The position numbers were made by a program, and so were the translations under genes. Below, one piece after another: positions 7,169-15,369 of a stretch of 38,629 nt of DNA; positions within the stretch are counted from its first letter, which is position 1, and the number at the start of each line of letters is the position of its first letter. Where the stretch lies: the IMG/VR virus record IMGVR_UViG_3300047282_000302, positions 1 through 38,629 of that record. One strand, written 5' to 3'. This DNA comes from a virus (taxonomy: Duplodnaviria; Caudoviricetes). The notes beneath the pieces are model-generated. The model was not told the origin of the DNA, made no database searches, and was given only the letters and a program-made list of their open reading frames with translations.

Positions 7169-7741
7169 TTACATCTCCATATCGTATACAGTAGACGCTT
7201 GGTTTTGAATAACTTTACCAGCAAACTTAATTTTTACCATATACTGATTTTCAAATTTTTCTGGCATTGACAACGCATAAAACTTATCTGGAAATACAAT
7301 AAATCCTCTTCCAGCATATGGAGAGAATAATGTAAATACTGTTAGGTCATCTGTTGTTTTTGCTTCAGAAAGTCCTTCATTAAACACATATGTGTGACCA
7401 TCAGAATCATTTGTTGATATGAAAAGCAATAGGTTACCCTCTTCTTCATCAATTTCTGGAGATTCATATTCTAACTCTTGCTTGTCTGTTTTTTGATCCA
7501 TCTTAATAAGAGTAATCTCTTTAACTTCATTAACATCAATTCTGTTTGCATTTGCAAATAAATCTAATTTTCTAATAAAAAACTTGGCATCATCGCTAAG
7601 ATTTTCATTATTAACTTCTACTGGAATATAAGAAATAAGGCTATTAGATGGGTCTTGCGACCAGTCTTTTCTATTAGAAACGTTGTTGTATAGGTCTACA
7701 ACTTCATCCTTCTCTATATATCTATCATCAAAAATGATCAT
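7169..7741 (-). CDS. Degenerate 2OG-Fe(II) oxygenase-like protein
   Basis: 'NDSDGHTYVF...SPYAGRGFIVF' resembles phage 2OG-Fe DSBH proteins, but HxD reads 'PEID' and the distal His reads 'FYA'. Confidence 0.45.
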   Translation of the reverse strand: MIIFDDRYIEKDEVVDLYNNVSNRKDWSQDPSNSLISYIPVEVNNENLSDDAKFFIRKLDLFANANRIDVNEVKEITLIKMDQKTDKQELEYESPEIDEEEGNLLLFISTNDSDGHTYVFNEGLSEAKTTDDLTVFTLFSPYAGRGFIVFPDKFYALSMPEKFENQYMVKIKFAGKVIQNQASTVYDMEM

Positions 7742-7777
7742 TGGTTAGTTACCGTCCTTTGCATGAATCACCCTTTT

Positions 7778-7786
7778 ATTATACCA
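7778..7786 (-). promoter_or_regulatory. Extended -10 promoter (TGGTATAAT)
   Basis: Recurrent motif, also at 8657, 18130, 21343 and 28882. Confidence 0.6.
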
Positions 7787-7790
7787 GACA

Positions 7791-8057
7791 TTATGCTGTG
7801 GCTAGTCTATTGTGGGTCCTTATTCTGTGACAATTAGCACATACGACTTCACACTTCTGTATCTCTTTTGAGATGGCTCTCCATGAAAATCCGTCATGGA
7901 TCATTCTAGAAATGTTGTATTTTTTATCTTTAAGATGATCAAAATCTAGTACTATAGGGTTATTTTCTCCGCAGTCTACACACCCACTAGACTGTTTTAT
8001 TTCTGTCAGTCTTTTTTTATAAGCCTGCTTTTGCCTATGAAGTTCTTTGTCAGTCAT
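7791..8057 (-). CDS. Small HNH endonuclease
   Basis: CxxC, 'LDFDH', 'CEVVCANCHRIRT'. Confidence 0.88.
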   Translation of the reverse strand: MTDKELHRQKQAYKKRLTEIKQSSGCVDCGENNPIVLDFDHLKDKKYNISRMIHDGFSWRAISKEIQKCEVVCANCHRIRTHNRLATA

Positions 8058-8087
8058 AGATAAGATTATTATACAGGTAAATTATAA

Positions 8088-8165
8088 ATCCCCCGCAGGA
8101 AATTCAGGCACGATGGCCCAGTTTAATAAGATGGTAACTAGTCATCCCAAGGTCCTGCGAGGGAC
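8088..8165 (-). ncRNA. Candidate 78-nt three-way-junction RNA with possible pseudoknot
   Basis: Minus strand: P1 GTCCCTCGCAGGA/TCCTGCGGGGGAT (13 bp), P2 GGGATG/CATCTT, P3 GGGC/GCCT; non-Watson-Crick pairs are G.U on this strand; TACAAT -10 box at 8173-8178. Confidence 0.6.
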
Positions 8166-8178
8166 CATTATTATTGTA

Positions 8179-8598
8179 TTACTTTATTTTGATTGTTTTT
8201 GGTTTCTTTTCTTCGGGAATGTTTCTTTCCACAAAGACGCTAAGAATACCGTCTGCCATTTCAGCACGATCTACCTCCATATACTCTCCAAGAGCAAAGG
8301 TGCGTGTGAACTTGCGAGTTGCGATACCCTTATGAAGAACATTGCTGTTCTCTTCTTCGGTTTTCTCACCCTTGATAATTAAACTTCCATTATCCACAGA
8401 AACCTCAACTTCGTCCTTGCTGAAACCAGCAATGGCCAAAGATAACTTGTAAGTGTCCTCATCAAGTTTTACCACATCATATGGTGGATAAGATTGACGA
8501 GTTGCCTCACGATGGATATTGGAAAAACGGTCCAACTCTCTGTTGAAACCAATAAAAAATGGATCCTTAAAAAGATCCAATGCAAATGAACCTACCAT
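8179..8598 (-). CDS. Small heat shock protein Hsp20
   Basis: 'YPPYDVVK..LAIAGF..LHKGIATRKFTRTF..ADGILSV..PEEKKPKTIKI'; AGGAGG RBS. Confidence 0.95.
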   Translation of the reverse strand: MVGSFALDLFKDPFFIGFNRELDRFSNIHREATRQSYPPYDVVKLDEDTYKLSLAIAGFSKDEVEVSVDNGSLIIKGEKTEEENSNVLHKGIATRKFTRTFALGEYMEVDRAEMADGILSVFVERNIPEEKKPKTIKIK

Positions 8599-8656
8599 TA
8601 TTTCCTCCTTGTTAAGCGAGTTCAGTTTATACCCCCCTTTGGGCAGGTACTATAAT

Positions 8657-8674
8657 ATTATACCATGCTACAAT
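8657..8674. promoter_or_regulatory. Back-to-back divergent extended -10 promoters
   Basis: TGGTATAAT on minus (8657-8665, toward hsp20); TGCTACAAT on plus (8666-8674), 6 nt before GTG at 8681. Confidence 0.65.
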
Positions 8675-8680
8675 ATAAGC

Positions 8681-9724
8681 GTGTCAAATAAAAAAATATT
8701 AGTTGTAATACCTTCTGCAAATGATCATATGATTATAGAAACAATAAACAGGATGGCAGAAAAGGCTAAGAATCCAGAAAATATAAGCCTAATACTATCA
8801 ACAGAGTATTCTCCAGGGGTATTTGAAGAGATGTTTGGCGTACCTCAAGAACAGGCTATAAGTCTAATAGACAGACGAATAGGCTCAGTGCAGCATGTAA
8901 TCATAGATCCTAAATTTATAAATGGACCTTGCAGCACCAGAAATTATCTCTGTAATATGAAAAAAAATGAATCATATTTTTTAAGTATAGATGCACATAC
9001 AAGTTTTGGGACTAATTGGGATGAAAATTTAATTAATTTATATGAGGCTTCTAAAAAGGTATACAATAAACCACTTATATCTGGTTTATTGCAAATAGCA
9101 ATATCTGATAAAACTATTAAAAAAGATGAAGATTTTAGACTAAGAGATAGGTCTATTTGTAATTTATATAACTCTGATAGCGGAGAACATAAAAGTTCTT
9201 CTTGGAACTCTAGAAGATATAAATCAATAAATATGTATACTGGAGCAATAACATTTGAAATTGGAAGCAATCAAAATCAATCTTATTCATTAACAAAAGA
9301 ACATAAATTGTTTGTTGGTGACAAGACTTTTCAATATAGTAATAAACCTATAATATGTGCTCAATTTATTTTTACCGATATCTCCTGGATAGATGAGGTT
9401 AACTTTAGTAATAGGTATACCTTTAAATATGAAGAGCCAGACATAAGTTTTAGATCCTATCTTGCAGGATATGATATTATAGATTTTGAAACACAATTCT
9501 TATCTAATCTATCTATAAGTGCAATTAGTAAAGATAGGTCCTTTAAAAAGTATGTTGAAGATTATGGATATATTAGTTTTGTTGATTTACTATTTTCAAA
9601 CAATATTGGTGCTAATGGAAGAAATTTAAAAAGTTGGCTCCAGGAGTTTGGAATATTCTTTTTTGATAAAAATAAAAATGATACAGAATTAAAACTAGAT
9701 ATACAAAAAACAATAAATAGGTAG
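8681..9724 (+). CDS. GT60-like glycosyltransferase (Skp1-hydroxyproline GlcNAc-transferase family)
   Basis: 'ILVVIPS..AKNPENI..YFLSIDAHTSF..NWDE.LI..EEPDISFRSYLAGYDI'; real start probably GTG at 8681, not 8519. Confidence 0.72.
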   Translation: MSNKKILVVIPSANDHMIIETINRMAEKAKNPENISLILSTEYSPGVFEEMFGVPQEQAISLIDRRIGSVQHVIIDPKFINGPCSTRNYLCNMKKNESYFLSIDAHTSFGTNWDENLINLYEASKKVYNKPLISGLLQIAISDKTIKKDEDFRLRDRSICNLYNSDSGEHKSSSWNSRRYKSINMYTGAITFEIGSNQNQSYSLTKEHKLFVGDKTFQYSNKPIICAQFIFTDISWIDEVNFSNRYTFKYEEPDISFRSYLAGYDIIDFETQFLSNLSISAISKDRSFKKYVEDYGYISFVDLLFSNNIGANGRNLKSWLQEFGIFFFDKNKNDTELKLDIQKTINR

Positions 9725-9749
9725 AAGAATTATCAACTACCTATTTATT
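9712..9749. terminator. Bidirectional terminator between convergent genes
   Basis: Perfect 13-bp inverted repeat AATAAATAGGTAG/CTACCTATTTATT. Confidence 0.75.
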
Positions 9750-9759
9750 ATTATTTTAT

Positions 9760-10035
9760 TTACTTACTTGCTGACTTTTTGGCTGGAGCCTTTTTCTTTG
9801 CAGCCGTCTTTTCTGACAACTTCTTGAGTTCTGAGTCAACTACATTTGCAATTAAGCCGAATGCTGGATCTTTTGGATTAACTGCTCTTAGTGCTGGTCC
9901 TGCTACTGCAATAACCCCTGCAATTAATAAACCTTCCAGTGTAATTCCACCATCTGCATTAGCAACGTATGTTGCTGCAGCAACTGCAAACGCTCTTCCA
10001 TACGAAGATAGCATTGCCTTCATCTTTGCGTCCAT
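9760..10035 (-). CDS. Holin-like membrane protein
   Basis: Two hydrophobic segments, 'SYGRAF..PALRAVNPKDPAFG', basic C-terminal tail. Confidence 0.55.
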   Translation of the reverse strand: MDAKMKAMLSSYGRAFAVAAATYVANADGGITLEGLLIAGVIAVAGPALRAVNPKDPAFGLIANVVDSELKKLSEKTAAKKKAPAKKSASK

Positions 10036-10046
10036 TTATTTTCCTC

Positions 10047-10214
10047 CTAGGATATGAACTTCATTATGACAGCCCAAACTGGTTGAGCAAGCCATATTCC
10101 CATTATACCAGCAACTCCAGCAAACACTTTTGGTGCTGGAAGTGGTAGTTTAAACAATAGGCATATTAGTCCGAAGCCCAGACCTACTATCAAAGATATA
10201 GCAATTTCTTTCAT
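10047..10214 (-). CDS. XapX/DUF1427-like small membrane protein (55 aa)
   Basis: MKEIAISLIVGLGFGLICLLFKLPLPAPKVFAGVAGIMGIWLAQ...; 'LPLPAP..AG..GI.G' signature; not in the ORF track. Confidence 0.75.
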   Translation of the reverse strand: MKEIAISLIVGLGFGLICLLFKLPLPAPKVFAGVAGIMGIWLAQPVWAVIMKFIS

Positions 10215-10399
10215 TTATCTCTCCTAGGCATATCTAATGGTGTAGGCACAGTTATTAATGTACCACACTTTACACACTCTCCGTCTAACATATACAGACC
10301 TATTTCATAGTCCGTTGGATCAAATTGAACAACTATTTTAAACAATACCCCGTCGCAAGTAGGGCATTGACATGTTGGAATTCCCCTGGCATCAAGCAT
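10211..10399 (-). CDS. Zinc-ribbon hypothetical protein
   Basis: CPTC...CVKC. Confidence 0.65.
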   Translation of the reverse strand: MLDARGIPTCQCPTCDGVLFKIVVQFDPTDYEIGLYMLDGECVKCGTLITVPTPLDMPRRDK

Positions 10400-10790
10400 C
10401 TTTTTCCTTTGGTAATAAATTTTTTAAATTTTTTACCTGTGCCGAAAATAATTGCATCGCACTATCATATGGGGGAAACATTCCAGTAGACGCAGACCCA
10501 TATTGATCATAATAACTTATTGTATCATCTACATTATTTATAAAATCTTTAATTCCAGTTTGAACTTCTTCTATATATTTATATGCATCATCCCTCGACT
10601 GACTTAAAAACTTTACAAAGTTTTCGTCATTAGAAATTGAAACACCATTCTCTATAATTTGCTTATCTATATTAGCCTGTAAAACAGAAACTGTCATTAA
10701 CTGAATCATCTTCCTAAGTTTTATATTTGATAAGAAAAGATATAGTATTAATCCAGAAAAAACTATATATATAATATAATCAAGAAGCAT
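10392..10790 (-). CDS. Membrane-anchored hypothetical protein
   Basis: N-terminal TM segment; overlaps both neighbours. Confidence 0.65.
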   Translation of the reverse strand: MLLDYIIYIVFSGLILYLFLSNIKLRKMIQLMTVSVLQANIDKQIIENGVSISNDENFVKFLSQSRDDAYKYIEEVQTGIKDFINNVDDTISYYDQYGSASTGMFPPYDSAMQLFSAQVKNLKNLLPKEKDA

Positions 10791-11280
10791 TTAGTTTTTC
10801 CTTTTTTAATTCATGAGTTATCCAATAATACTTACATGTAGAGCAACATGGACTGTTATATACGCTATGTTTTGCATAAGCAAACTTAGCATAATAAACT
10901 GGATCTTTATCAAATAAACTTGCCTTGTGTGTGGTTGTTACACGCATAAGTTTATTATTGTCATTCCAAAAAGATGGAGCAGAGTTGCCCCATGAATCCC
11001 AACATTGATCTTTTAATGCATTTAGATTAGACTCGTTATTTTCTGTACGAATACCACGCTTACGAGCCTCATGTATCATAGCCTGAACATAATGCCATAG
11101 TCCACGCTCATAACCCTTCCACATAAGAACTGCAGGATGATTACGCCAACCGTTACCCTTAGACTTACCAGACAAAACATTAAGTATTTGGTAACATTCT
11201 AGTATCTGTTTGTTCAATCTTTTATTATCTAGCAAACTAGCAGATATTGATGGATCTGCAGATGGAAGAAATGTTTGCAT
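10780..11280 (-). CDS. Pyrimidine dimer DNA glycosylase-like protein (MSMEG_6728/DenV-related)
   Basis: 'MQTFLP..LDNKRLNKQILE..QIL..GWRNHPAVLMWKGYE'. Confidence 0.8.
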   Translation of the reverse strand: MQTFLPSADPSISASLLDNKRLNKQILECYQILNVLSGKSKGNGWRNHPAVLMWKGYERGLWHYVQAMIHEARKRGIRTENNESNLNALKDQCWDSWGNSAPSFWNDNNKLMRVTTTHKASLFDKDPVYYAKFAYAKHSVYNSPCCSTCKYYWITHELKKEKLNAS

Positions 11281-11519
11281 TATTCTTTACCGCCTTCACG
11301 AACTAATAAGACAATTGCGCCATTGTCTTCAAGTGCCTTTTTGACTCTTATCATATATTCTACAGCACGACGCTTATCTTCGTCAAGTAAGGACATAAAA
11401 GACTTCTCTGAGGCACGAACAGTAATAAAACTATCATTATCAACTAATTCTAATTTAAATCCTTTAGGTGCAAAATGATCTAAAGATCTAAAAGCCCTCT
11501 TCATATTATCTGTATACAT
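11280..11519 (-). CDS. Hypothetical protein
   Basis: Coupled ORF in the operon (TAATG overlaps). Confidence 0.65.
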   Translation of the reverse strand: MYTDNMKRAFRSLDHFAPKGFKLELVDNDSFITVRASEKSFMSLLDEDKRRAVEYMIRVKKALEDNGAIVLLVREGGKE

Positions 11520-11722
11520 TATTTACGACCCCATTGAACCTTATCCCATATTCTTTCATGCCAATAATAAACTCCTATTTTTAATACTGTTTCCCAAAAT
11601 GCAATAGCGGTAGCCAAAATAGCCTGACCAGTAATTATATATACAACAATAAAAGATGTTAATGTTCCAAAAACTCGATAACTCCATGCCTTTGCAAAAG
11701 ACCTACTCTTCGTTACTCTCAT
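11519..11722 (-). CDS. DUF2061 small membrane protein
   Basis: 'RSFAKAWSYR..YYWHERIW'. Confidence 0.85.
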   Translation of the reverse strand: MRVTKSRSFAKAWSYRVFGTLTSFIVVYIITGQAILATAIAFWETVLKIGVYYWHERIWDKVQWGRK

Positions 11723-11772
11723 CTATTTCTTCTCTAAAGTATAGTCTTGCCTCTGCATCTGCAATTTTATTA

Positions 11773-12531
11773 TCAAATACCCATTTCTTTACGCTTTTGA
11801 GTAGCGCTAATAGATTCAATTTCATCTCCCAACTTTACTTGCTCAATCTTATATCCAACATCACGACCATAAACAATATTTGTAATATTTGGTAGTCGTA
11901 ATACTAATGTGTCTTTAAAAGGATTATCTTGTTTAATAAATTCTGAAACTTCGTTATACATTAATGGATCTTTTTCAGATGTTCTATAGGTATTACGAAC
12001 ACCAACCAAAACCTGCGAAGTTCTCTTATGCGCTTCTTGCTTCAAAGCCTGATGTCCTTCATGCCAAGGTTGATATCTGCCAAGTTGCAGTGTTGTCGGA
12101 GCAGACCAATCAAATAGTGAACCAGCCTGTATAACTGTATCAACTTCTTGCTCTATTGTATAGCCATCTAAAATTCTAATATCAAAACTTAAAGGATTTA
12201 CCCATACCTTATTTGTATCTTCAAATCGACCCTCTTTAATTCTGTCAACCCATATTAATAGATCTGGCTTTCCAAATGCAAGCCTAGTTTCTTCATTAGG
12301 ACAAATAAAGTCAACAATGACTGGTGCAATATTTTGTTTAGCAATTAGCCTAGCCATTTCTCCCATACGCCTTGCTTGTTCAACTCTATCCTCTGGGCTA
12401 AAGCCTAAATCAGAATTAACAGTAGATCTAACCTCGTCTGCATTAAGATGAATTGCATTAATTCTTTCTTTAAGTGCAACAGCCAGTGCTGTTTTACCAG
12501 ACCCAGGTAATCCAATAATCTGTATAATCAT
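11773..12531 (-). CDS. Adenylyl-sulfate kinase (CysC-like) fused to a HIGH-superfamily nucleotidyltransferase
   Basis: P-loop GLPGSGKT, 'LNADEVR..DLGFSPEDR.EQARR'; C-terminal 'GRYQPWHEGH..YGRDVGY..ISATQKR'. Confidence 0.8.
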   Translation of the reverse strand: MIIQIIGLPGSGKTALAVALKERINAIHLNADEVRSTVNSDLGFSPEDRVEQARRMGEMARLIAKQNIAPVIVDFICPNEETRLAFGKPDLLIWVDRIKEGRFEDTNKVWVNPLSFDIRILDGYTIEQEVDTVIQAGSLFDWSAPTTLQLGRYQPWHEGHQALKQEAHKRTSQVLVGVRNTYRTSEKDPLMYNEVSEFIKQDNPFKDTLVLRLPNITNIVYGRDVGYKIEQVKLGDEIESISATQKRKEMGI

Positions 12532-12562
12532 TTTACAAAACCTCCAATTGTAAAGTAAAAAA

Positions 12563-12841
12563 CTACATTGTCAAATATTTCCAAGTTTCTCCCCAAGCAT
12601 TGCTATCCCTATGAGAGTTAAACTCTTTAGATATTTGTCCACCCTCTAAGTATATACCACCCCATACACCCCATTCTTTTGTAGAAACTCCTACTGCAAA
12701 ACAAGTTTTTGCAACTGGGCATTGAGAGCATAGTTTATCCACTGCTGGCCTTAAAGTTTCATCTTCTTCATATTTATCAAAAAATATATTAGTGTCATAC
12801 TCATAACATGCAGCACTATCTTTCCATTTATGTCTATGCAT
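12563..12841 (-). CDS. whiB: WhiB family Fe-S transcription factor
   Basis: 'W...AAC..FF..CSQCPVAKTC..WGVWGG'. Confidence 0.92.
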   Translation of the reverse strand: MHRHKWKDSAACYEYDTNIFFDKYEEDETLRPAVDKLCSQCPVAKTCFAVGVSTKEWGVWGGIYLEGGQISKEFNSHRDSNAWGETWKYLTM

Positions 12842-12842
12842 G

Positions 12843-13052
12843 TTACCTCACAAGTTTATCTGGTATATCCCATCCTTTTTCAGAAGGATCAAATCTGCGA
12901 GTCATGTGCCACTTACCATTAATTAAGGCACCATACTTCGATGTTCTTGCTTTATCAGAAGGGTAGTAGTTGACTACTGACCAACCATCCCACTTTAAAG
13001 CCTTGTTATTTTTAACAATTGTTTCCATTTTTTCTAAATTATTAATAATCAT
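12843..13052 (-). CDS. Hypothetical protein
   Basis: AAGGA RBS, packed in the operon. Confidence 0.65.
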   Translation of the reverse strand: MIINNLEKMETIVKNNKALKWDGWSVVNYYPSDKARTSKYGALINGKWHMTRRFDPSEKGWDIPDKLVR

Positions 13053-13062
13053 TTTTTATCCT

Positions 13063-13413
13063 TTAGTATCTAAATATTCCAACTTCAACATTATTTAATT
13101 CAGCCTCAGCAACTAGTCGTGAGACTGCTTCTTTTGGCTTTGACAAAAACATAAAGTAATTTACATCCTTCATATTATCTTGAATCCAACTAGGGGGAAC
13201 CTTATAAAATTTAATTTTCTTTCCTCTAGTCTTCATTCCACGTTCAGACAAGTTTACAAACTCCATAACCATAGAGTTAATTCTTGCTGGACCAGCAGAA
13301 TAAATATAAAAATATGGATCGTTTTCTGGCATGCTTGACAAGGCTACCCCCATAGCACGTAGGAAAACCTGGTAGTCATCAAAACTACTAGTTCCCTGTA
13401 CCCCCACTATCAT
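13063..13413 (-). CDS. SLOG/YspA-like hypothetical protein
   Basis: 'MIVGVQGTSSFDDY..' resembles the SLOG N-terminal strand (IxGSRxFxDY). Confidence 0.5.
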   Translation of the reverse strand: MIVGVQGTSSFDDYQVFLRAMGVALSSMPENDPYFYIYSAGPARINSMVMEFVNLSERGMKTRGKKIKFYKVPPSWIQDNMKDVNYFMFLSKPKEAVSRLVAEAELNNVEVGIFRY

Positions 13414-13804
13414 TATCTAACCCTTCTCGTAATCTATCCATTATGAACAACATCTTGTCTAATTCTACACTATCCATACCCATTGTGTCAACTACCCTGG
13501 TGGTTTCTGGATTTACCTCTCCACTCACAAGGTCTGCCATATAAAATACATTATCCTTAACCCAGTATGCACTATTTTCAATCATTATTACTCTAAGATT
13601 ATGCTTATTGTAATGATTCATTGATTGTGTTTTTTTATTATTAAACTTAATATTTTTAGGTAAAAGCGGACTCATAAGGCTATGTATATGAGACTGACTG
13701 TACCTAATAGAAACAGGCTTATCTTCTGGCAAGTCCTTAAAAACAGCCTTAGATATTAATAAAAATAATATTAGGGTGGTTATAGATCCAAGAAAGTATT
13801 CCAT
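13388..13804 (-). CDS. Membrane-anchored hypothetical protein
   Basis: Probable ATG at 13804 after GGAG; N-terminal TM segment. Confidence 0.6.
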   Translation of the reverse strand: MEYFLGSITTLILFLLISKAVFKDLPEDKPVSIRYSQSHIHSLMSPLLPKNIKFNNKKTQSMNHYNKHNLRVIMIENSAYWVKDNVFYMADLVSGEVNPETTRVVDTMGMDSVELDKMLFIMDRLREGLDNDSGGTGN

Positions 13805-13827
13805 AGGCTGCTCCAAGTACCATTATA

Positions 13828-14160
13828 CTACTCTTCTGTTCTTAGAACACGTAATATTTCTTTTAGACTAAACTGATTTTCCTTGCTAAGTTTGCGAACC
13901 TGACTTCTATCAAATGCTTTTGGTGTAAGCCTTACTGTTGGATTATCATCTGTTATGTCCATTTCAATAAAACCATATTGCCAAAGAGACATCATTTCTG
14001 TATGAAAGTAATGATTTATATCCTGAAATAGTTCTGGATCTTGTTGCTTTAATTTATCTGTAAACTGGTATAACATTTCTCCAGACTCTATATCAATTCC
14101 AGCAACTTCTAAAGATCCATTAAGAATCATAGACTCTATCTTTTTATCTTCACTTTCCAC
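13828..14160 (-). CDS. Hypothetical protein
   Basis: Likely GTG start at 14160 overlapping the nuclease stop. Confidence 0.6.
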   Translation of the reverse strand: MESEDKKIESMILNGSLEVAGIDIESGEMLYQFTDKLKQQDPELFQDINHYFHTEMMSLWQYGFIEMDITDDNPTVRLTPKAFDRSQVRKLSKENQFSLKEILRVLRTEE

Positions 14161-14557
14161 TTTTAGCCCTTTGCTTTTTAAGTGCCTCAAAATCTTTAAC
14201 CTTTGTATCACCAAGGTAGCCCCAAGCATATCCGTCTTCGATCATGTGATCGTTGATAGAAATTGTATCCCCATCTATGTAAAGCCAGCCTAAAATACGA
14301 CCATATTTTTCTGATGAATCTGGCTTCTCTGTTTTAATAATAACTACCTTAGCATCTTTTAATTTAGACTTCAAGTATTCTTTTGCCTCTAGACCAAGAG
14401 TTTTCTCTGCCTTGTCCGAAGTTCTAGATTCTGGTGTATCAATTCCTGCCAATCTAACTCTTTGAGAAAACGAAACACTAAAACCAAGATCGATATCTAC
14501 ATCAATAGTGTCTCCATCTACTACAGCAGTTACCTTTTTTACTCTATACTCATACAT
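14150..14557 (-). CDS. Thermonuclease (staphylococcal nuclease-like)
   Basis: 'VVDGDTI..RVRLAGIDTPE..KYGRILG'. Confidence 0.92.
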   Translation of the reverse strand: MYEYRVKKVTAVVDGDTIDVDIDLGFSVSFSQRVRLAGIDTPESRTSDKAEKTLGLEAKEYLKSKLKDAKVVIIKTEKPDSSEKYGRILGWLYIDGDTISINDHMIEDGYAWGYLGDTKVKDFEALKKQRAKSGK

Positions 14558-14559
14558 GT

Positions 14560-15120
14560 TTATTCTCCTATTATATTATTAGGTATAATGTCAATCAAAA
14601 GGTGAACTCTGTCTGTTTCCCCTTCGTTCCATACCTGATGTAACTTATTATTATTTACTTCCCAAACTTCTCCAATGTCCATAAATTGTTTTTGTCCATC
14701 TATTAAAAAAGAAACATTTTTATTAGTAATTATTGGAATGTGGTGCCTTCTTACTGACTCTAAATAGCCACCAAAATCTTGATGCTTGTCTACATTTTTA
14801 AATGGAGGCAACTTAATAAAAACAGTCTTGCCTACTTTGCCATTATGTAATTTTTCTAATTTGTCTACAATTGGCTTAATCATATTTATAATTATGTGGT
14901 CATCTGTCTTTATTTGTAGATCATATTTTGATCCTGGCATCCAGTCAACACTGTAGTCGTATACAAAAATAGAATTTGTGTGCTTATGAACAGGACTTAT
15001 TGTTTGTCTACTTTGATCAATAAACCATTCAGAATTATATTTTTTTAAATGTTTTATAATTTCTGATACATCTATTTTATCATGGAGTATAAATCTAAAA
15101 TCTTCTTTAGATTTTGTCAC
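14560..15120 (-). CDS. Aspartyl/asparaginyl beta-hydroxylase-like 2OG-Fe(II) oxygenase
   Basis: 'VDKHQD..RRHHIPIITN..GEVWEVNN.KLHQVWN.G.TDRVHLLID'. Confidence 0.85.
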   Translation of the reverse strand: MTKSKEDFRFILHDKIDVSEIIKHLKKYNSEWFIDQSRQTISPVHKHTNSIFVYDYSVDWMPGSKYDLQIKTDDHIIINMIKPIVDKLEKLHNGKVGKTVFIKLPPFKNVDKHQDFGGYLESVRRHHIPIITNKNVSFLIDGQKQFMDIGEVWEVNNNKLHQVWNEGETDRVHLLIDIIPNNIIGE

Positions 15121-15362
15121 GAATAAGATTCCCCCTGCTGCCTATTTTCATCTAATCTATCACGTTCGTCTAAAATTTGATATGCAAATTTCATCATTTT
15201 GTCATATCCAACAGCATTGTCCATTATCTTGTTATAGTGGTGTGCACAAAACATTAAATCTCCAGTCACGCCAACAACCTTAACATATGCCTGAGCCTGA
15301 CATGAATCGCACCTATCAGTAGCATCTAAAACCCACTCTTTACTCTTGATATCTGTAGTCAT
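15117..15362 (-). CDS. Actinobacterial-type zinc-finger protein, leaderless
   Basis: 'LDATDRCDSCQAQAYV..LMFCAHH'; TATAAT 6 nt before the ATG. Confidence 0.7.
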   Translation of the reverse strand: MTTDIKSKEWVLDATDRCDSCQAQAYVKVVGVTGDLMFCAHHYNKIMDNAVGYDKMMKFAYQILDERDRLDENRQQGESYS

Positions 15363-15369
15363 AAGAATA

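Noticed and set aside
8088-8165. Element as a tRNA, preQ1-I riboswitch or hammerhead
   Set aside because: No D/T-loop consensus or cloverleaf, loop lacks preQ1 consensus residues, and there is no CUGAUGA/GAAA core.
8047-8382. Plus-strand 111-aa ORF spanning the structured intergenic element
   Set aside because: Antisense to hsp20, no RBS and no recognisable motif.
8519-8680. Tracked N-terminal extension of the GT60-like ORF
   Set aside because: Overlaps hsp20 antisense and the promoters; the fold starts near GTG at 8681.
11703-11825. 40-aa minus-strand ORF bridging the CysC fusion and DUF2061
   Set aside because: Mostly overlaps its neighbours and has no recognisable motif; cannot be supported without conservation data.
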